DNA of 64,000 nt. Source: Eledone cirrhosa. Taxonomy: Eukaryota. A program made the translations under genes and the position numbers. Below the pieces are notes generated by a model, which was given only the letters and a program-made list of their open reading frames with translations, was not told where the DNA came from and did not search any database. Positions within the stretch are counted from its first letter, which is position 1. Each line of letters opens with the position of its first letter. Positions 57,621-64,000 of this stretch are shown here, in pieces. The stretch covers positions 53,568,001 through 53,632,000 of the forward strand of contig OZ024741.1 of NCBI GenBank assembly GCA_964016885.1, given 5' to 3'.

Positions 57621-57993
57621 CCTATGAATCTTTCAGCCGGGCCACACAAGACCACACACATATGAACCATTTATACCCATTCTGCTCTCCAATTTGATAT
57701 CATTCCTATTTGGATTTTACTTTACTTTCTTAAATTTAATAATGGTTTTGTCACAAAAGATCAAATCTTTTTGACTCTTTATATTTGGCTTGAATGATCC
57801 GAATTTATTACATTGTTCCTATCGTTTTGCACAAATAATGTCAACCATGTGCCTTCTTTTTCACTTTTTGTTTTGCTCTACTCTAACCTCTCACGTGTTA
57901 CCTGTTTGTTTCCTGTCCCTTTATATCGACTATCTACACACACACAGACACACACACACACACACACACATATACGCCCCCCACACACACACT

Positions 57994-58068
<75 letters not shown>

Positions 58069-58699
58069 ATTAATCTCCCGAGTCTAATAATTAACCAGTT
58101 AATTTATTTAGATAAATCTATTGATTGATTAATTGCTTAAGTTTACTTTAAAAACTACCTGGTTGAGAGCTTAATTCGATTTGTGCAGTTTTTGCAATTA
58201 TTGCATTAATTTTACACTTACTGAATTCATCTGCCACAATCTGGAGTTTTCTCCCTTGAAGAGTTACACACGTCGTTTTACCACTACATACCACTGTGTG
58301 ATACTGAACGCTGGCGTAGTACAAAATACCTGTTGACGAAGTGACAGCCTTGTTCGATCAGTATACCAAAAGCTTATTATTTTAAGCAGGCAGTATAATT
58401 GATTTAGGTGTCGCAGAAACCCTGTACTGGATTATACCATCTTTTCCGAAGGTCCGGGTAAATATTTCACTTATTTTGTTTGACCTGTTTGGCTTGCCTC
58501 GTCCTTTTGGCTTAGGTGGTTGATGGCTTCTTGACCGCCATCTCAGTTTGTTTGGCCTCTTTAACTTAAGTTTTTATTGCTCTGGTCTCTTTTTAGTCCA
58601 TGGAGCGCTTACCAGCATAACGTGGATATTGCGTTTCGCTTTGTTTTCGACCATAGCCGAAATACGAATCTCGTTAAACTTATATTTATATATATACAT

Positions 58700-59070
58700 T
58701 AGGGTGGCCCTTATTTTTCAACTTTCTGAGATTTTAGCTCCCACCCCTTGTTTCAAGTAACAAGAAACCAATCTGTGCAAAACTTTAGCTCAAGGGGACA
58801 ACGGCAAGGCGACCCTCACCGACCGTAAAATTTTGAAGTTTTCGCCCGGAAAGTCATTTTTTCAGATAAAAAATTGTTATCTCTTATATAATTAAATACT
58901 TATTCAGACTTATTCTTGGTATTAGAAGGATAAGTGACAATAATTATAATGGGTAAGTCAAGCTGCAAAACGAGAACAGAGCGCAGGTATAGTCCAAACA
59001 CTTATATTTCGCTGTGGGTGTAGCTAAATTTTAACTTTCGGAAAATTACCTATTGCTAAGGGGCACCCTA
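58700..59070. mobile_element. hAT-superfamily MITE (TAGGGTG termini, hATm-like)
   Basis: Terminal inverted repeats tagggtggccctta / taaggggcacccta. Perfect 8-bp TSD atatacat at 58692-58699 and 59071-59078. Confidence 0.85.
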
Positions 59071-59439
59071 ATATACATATATCTGTATGTAGTTGACATA
59101 TATATATTACTCAATACCGAGTAGTCATTTCTCTCAGCTGTCAGCCACATACGGATATATGTATATTAGGTTGGCCCTTAGCAATAGGTAATTTTACGAA
59201 AGTTAAAATTTTGCTACTTGCTCTCCTTACTCTCCTTTTATCCTTGCTCTCCTTACTCTCCTTTTATCCTTGCTCTCCTTGCTCTTCCTTTCTCCTTGTA
59301 TCTATGTACTTGTTTATATACAAATACAATGAGTAAAGGGGTGCAAGGAGAAATATGAAAGCAAGGATAGTAAGGATAGTATATATATACATAACATATA
59401 TATATATGTATATATGCATATATATAGAGAGAGAGAGAA

Positions 59440-60262
59440 AGGGAGAGCAATGAGAAAAGGAGAACAAGGAGAGCAATGAGAAAAGGAGAGCAATGAGAAA
59501 AGGAGAGCAAGGAGATCAATGAGAAAAGGAGAGCAATGAGAAAAGGAGAGCAAGGGGAGCAAGCAGAGAAAGGAGAGCAAGGAGAGAAAGGAGAGCAAGG
59601 AGATGAAGAAGAACAAGGAGAGCAAGCAGAGCAATGAAAAAAGGAGAGCAATGATAAAGGGAGAGCAATGAGAGCAATAAGAAAAAGAGAGCAATGATAA
59701 GAAGAGGGCAATGAGAGCAATGAAAAAAGCAGAGCAAAAGGAGCAGGGGAGCAGGGATAAAAAGAGAGCAAGAGGAAACGGAGAGCTAGGAGAGCATTGA
59801 GAACAGGAGAGCAATGATAGCAGGAGAGCAAGGATAAAAGGTGGAAAGGAGAGCAAGGGGTCAAGGAAAGCAAGGAGAGCAATGAGAATAAGAGAGAAAG
59901 GAGAGCAGGAGAGCAAGGGGGAAAGGACAGCAAGGGGAAAAGGAGAGCAAAGAGAGCAATGAGAAATGGAGAGCAAGGAGAGCAAGGATAAACAGGAGAA
60001 CAAGGAGAGCAACGAGAAAAGAAGAGCAAGGAGAGCAAAGATAAAAAGAGAGCATGGAGATCAATGAGAAAATGAGAACAAAGATGAAACGAGAGCAAAT
60101 AGGGCGATAAGAAAAGGAGAGAAAAAATAAGAAGAGAGCAATGAGAGCAATGAGAAAGGGAGAGCAAGAGAGAAAGGAGAGCAAAAGAGCAAGGATAAAA
60201 GGAGAGCAAGGAGAGCAATGAGAAAGGGAGAACAAGGAGAAAAAGGAGAATAGGAGAAAAGA
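59440..60262. repeat. purine-rich degenerate tandem repeat (ggagagcaa / tgagaaaa units)
   Basis: Strong A/G strand bias; a complementary-strand version occurs at 59218-59297. Confidence 0.85.
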
Positions 60263-60465
60263 ACCTGGTTACAAGAGTGGACTTGAAAAACTTGAGAAGA
60301 CAGTTGTTATGAATGATGTTGCAGAAAGAGGTGTCAAACTCATTCAGGATTGACAATAACATTTTCAGAAAAGATGAAACTGAAAAACAATTTGTTTTAC
60401 AGATCATTACCGAAAACTGTAAAAGATATCCAACTGCCACTAAATCCTCACTTATGCAAAAATAA

Positions 60466-60863
60466 TGGTTTCTTATAAAGGCAGAGGTCCAGCAATTTTG
60501 GGGGAGGGGTAAGTCGATTAAATCGACTCCAGTGCGTGACTGGTACTTTATTTTATCGACCCCGTAAGGATGAAAGGCAAAGTTAACCTTGGCGGGATTT
60601 GAACTCAGACAGTAAAGGGACGTAACTCGATGATGCAAAGCATGGTGTCCGACTCTCTACCGATACTAGAGTAAAAATAATTGTTTCTACATTTGGCACA
60701 AGGCCAGCAATTACCCAGTACATTACTGGTACTTTATTTTATCGACCCCGTAAGGATGAAAGGCAAAGTTAACCTTGGCGGGATTTGAACTCAGACAGTA
60801 AAGGGACGTAACTATGCTAGAAAGCATGGTGTCTGACTCTCTACCGATACTGCCAATCTACCA
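60466..60863 (-). mobile_element. two tandem SINE family 1 copies
   Basis: Copies at 60466-60668 and 60679-60863. Confidence 0.85.
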
Positions 60864-61337
60864 TGTTCAATAGTCAGTGTTCATTGTTCACACTATGTTT
60901 TTGATTGTATAGAAGTTATTGTAAATAACAATGCGTTTCTCTTATAGATGTGTGCTATATTAAGAAAACCTAATATTTCTTAAGTTGTTCATGTTATTTC
61001 AGGAATTTTTCAAATTAACTATTGCTAAATTTGATTCAGAACGTTTTAAAGCATTTGCTGGGGTTGCCTGGATGTGTCCACAAATTTCTCTAAGGAGAAA
61101 AAAGAAAATGGTCGAGAGAGGAAGTGTATATCGCTTTTGAACAGAATTAATCGTTGCGTATATTATGTTCCAACTTCAAGGCATTTGAGGCTCGCATAAC
61201 AGTTGTCCCATTGAGCTGAAAGTTTGCACAGCCCATGTTTTTGTTGATTAGGATTAGGGGGTGGGAGCAGCGACATGTTAAATTTCGGAAAATTACCAAT
61301 TGCTGACTCTTTTCGTTATATATATATATATATATAT

Positions 61338-61496
61338 AACGAAGGAGGTGTGGTAAGGAACCAGATGGACCATAACGTACCAGAGTACTCAATACTTAGG
61401 TAGGGTAGTAGAGTGGGTAATAGGAAAATGTTTAACACCGACGGCAGAGCTCAAGCCGTTTCGACGGCTAGCTCTGCCGTCGGGGTTAAACATTTT

Positions 61497-61500
<4 letters not shown>
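61338..61500 (-). mobile_element. fold-back element, family A
   Basis: Family-A terminus; turns back at gacggctagctctgccgtc; (TA)n flanks. Confidence 0.8.
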
Positions 61501-61558
<58 letters not shown>

Positions 61559-62452
61559 TATATATATATATGTATGTATGTATGCATATATGTTTAAGTT
61601 GAAGTGGTATACTCTATTGAAGTAGCCTAAGATGTACATGTTTAACCTTATGGCTGAATTATAGGTTTATTACTTCATAATGAATAGCCTGTGGCTATAA
61701 CCATCATATATTTATACCCTCGCATACAAATACACATGCATACATGCATACATCGACTTAAGATCTATTTATCGTGACATGTCATACGGCATCTACATAC
61801 AATGTCTAGCAAAACTCCATTTCTATACATTCTGTGTATCGAGTCAATTTATTGAAAAGTCAGCTTCAGTCTATCTTCTTCGAATTTTAAACGTTGCCTA
61901 TATCAAATATATAATCTAATTGGTTTTCACTCCATTCATTTCAAATAACCCGTCTGTCATTCGTCATATGAGGATCATAAATTTCAAGTCACACTTTGTA
62001 CACGTGTCTTTATATCAGAACAACATCTACACATTGAGTCTCTCTTGTCACCATCTATACTTAGTTCCTATCAAATAAGTATCTATACTGTTTCTATATA
62101 TTCAGTCAACATCTATACTCTGTGTCGATCTATCTAGATGATATCTACAGAACGCCCATGTATATCTAGTCAACATAATATAATGTGTCTGTGCAGCCTT
62201 TCATAATCTACACATTGTGAACGTTTATTTGGAGAATATCATTGTGTTAATCTATATAGGCAGCCAATATATACATATTGAGTTTCTCTATTATGTCAAC
62301 ATCTTCACACTGTGTCAGTTTAACAACGGTAACAACAATACTTCCATTGGAAATTCTAAAACCTATTCCTTCAGCTTGGCTTCCCTTTTGTCATATGAAG
62401 CCAATTGGTAATTTTTTTTTTTACACCAAATGCAACGAAGCATGGCTGCACT

Positions 62453-62604
<152 letters not shown>

Positions 62605-62618
62605 TTATATATATATAG

Positions 62619-62675
<57 letters not shown>

Positions 62676-62689
62676 TTATATATATATAG

Positions 62690-62773
<84 letters not shown>

Positions 62774-62787
62774 TTATATATATACAG

Positions 62788-62886
<99 letters not shown>

Positions 62887-64000
62887 TTTGGTTTCCACTC
62901 TCTAACATTTTTCCCTGTAAGCACACAATATCGTTCGCCTGTATAGTTTCAGCTGTATTTGGTAACTCAATTTGTTTCAGCTTGGATTCCAGATCATAGG
63001 AATTCTGTTTTTTTCTTCTGTAAAATGATGTTGTGATAGGTTTACAGTTTATAAGTTGATGAAGAAAAAACGATAATATATTTTATTGACTAAGCATGAA
63101 TGCAAACTTTAAATATAAAAGCCTAATTACCTTATCTTTTTTTTTCATTTTATTTACTATAGTGAATATTAAATTAACCTATCAGCCAATCACTGCAAAC
63201 GTAAGTTTAGCCACACATCTAGATACTGATGGTTGGTTACGTCAGTCAATCGTGAGAATGTTGTTTTTGTTTATTTATTTATTTTTGTGCTTGATAGCTG
63301 TGTGGATGTGTTTACATTACGCGATAGCATCAAACGTCGATCCCAATGCAGAGTTTGCTCAGATTATCAAATAATGAAATAGAATGGGCTGCAAATTGGA
63401 GGAAAAGAAAAAAAATCCCGATTAAATCACTGATATATTAATTTTAATGTTTACTCGATTTCCCTGGTAATGGACCATAGACCACCGCATACATATTTCT
63501 AAACGCAGAGCAAAATTGAAAGTTTAAATGCAAACATTGAAAAACAAAGAACAACACATAATAATTGATTGCACTTCATATTTTCCACAGCAACAAATAC
63601 ATTAATAAAATATGAAGTAAAATTATAATCTTCTTTATCAATTTCATATGACAATGATCGAGGGTATATTTTAGAATGTGAACTGTTATCATAAGCAGTG
63701 ACATTTGACCGGGAGACAGTGATGTGAACGGATTAAACGGTTGGTGAACCCGCATTATGCTTCGACATGACTTTTTCTAAAACCTCTGAAAAGATCATAT
63801 CTGATTGGTAGACCTTGTTAATATGTATTCTAGCAATGGAATATCAACCAAATATATAGAAATTTACGATATATTTCTATACACAGGCATATATATATAT
63901 ATATGTGTATACATAGCACATACATGTTAAGTGTATGAAACTTTGTTTACACTGAAAAAGCTTTCTTCCGAAAGATCGAACACGTTTTTCCTTGATCTAC

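Larger units (their letters stand above)
59167..61305 (+). mobile_element. related hAT-like transposon remnant carrying a transposase C-terminus, interrupted by a simple repeat and SINEs
   Basis: Left end taggttggcccttagcaataggtaatttt; right subterminal tttcggaaaattaccaattgct. 60270-60460 encodes VMNDVAERGVKLIQD..KDETEKQFVLQIITENCKRYPTATKS. Confidence 0.6.

Noticed and set aside
59253-60638. 461-aa Leu/Ser/Cys-rich minus-strand ORF
   Set aside because: Composed of a SINE, antisense transposase remnant and low-complexity repeat.

Overview
AT-rich, repeat-dominated eukaryotic non-coding DNA. The tRNA-derived SINE families and dense (TA)n/(CA)n/(GA)n tracts suggest an octopod cephalopod genome (inference). 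No intact host gene is evident, apart from one candidate 30-nt minus-strand microexon. Most listed ORFs are microsatellite artefacts. The dominant hidden signal is a Penelope-like-element (PLE) and hammerhead ribozyme (HHR) assemblage. It includes a decayed PLE with RT and GIY-YIG domains and an HHR-bearing pseudo-LTR (39908-43183), and a second PLE 3' fragment (about 19700-21090). About 20 type I HHR motifs, folded by eye, come from roughly ten families with different flanking sequence. They mostly sit in fold-back (inverted-repeat) insertions in (TA)n tracts. Two loci carry tandem 452/485-nt non-coding monomers, each with a minimal HHR whose helix III is palindromic (retrozyme/circRNA-like). 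A third locus has an unrelated 463-nt monomer with a full HHR. Other content: an internally deleted mariner, a decayed mariner, a hAT MITE with an 8-bp TSD, other decayed DNA transposons, LINE fragments (APE and RLE types), about 20 SINEs, and a ~5.5-kb 39-bp minisatellite open in four of six frames. All folds and boundaries were read by eye and are approximate.
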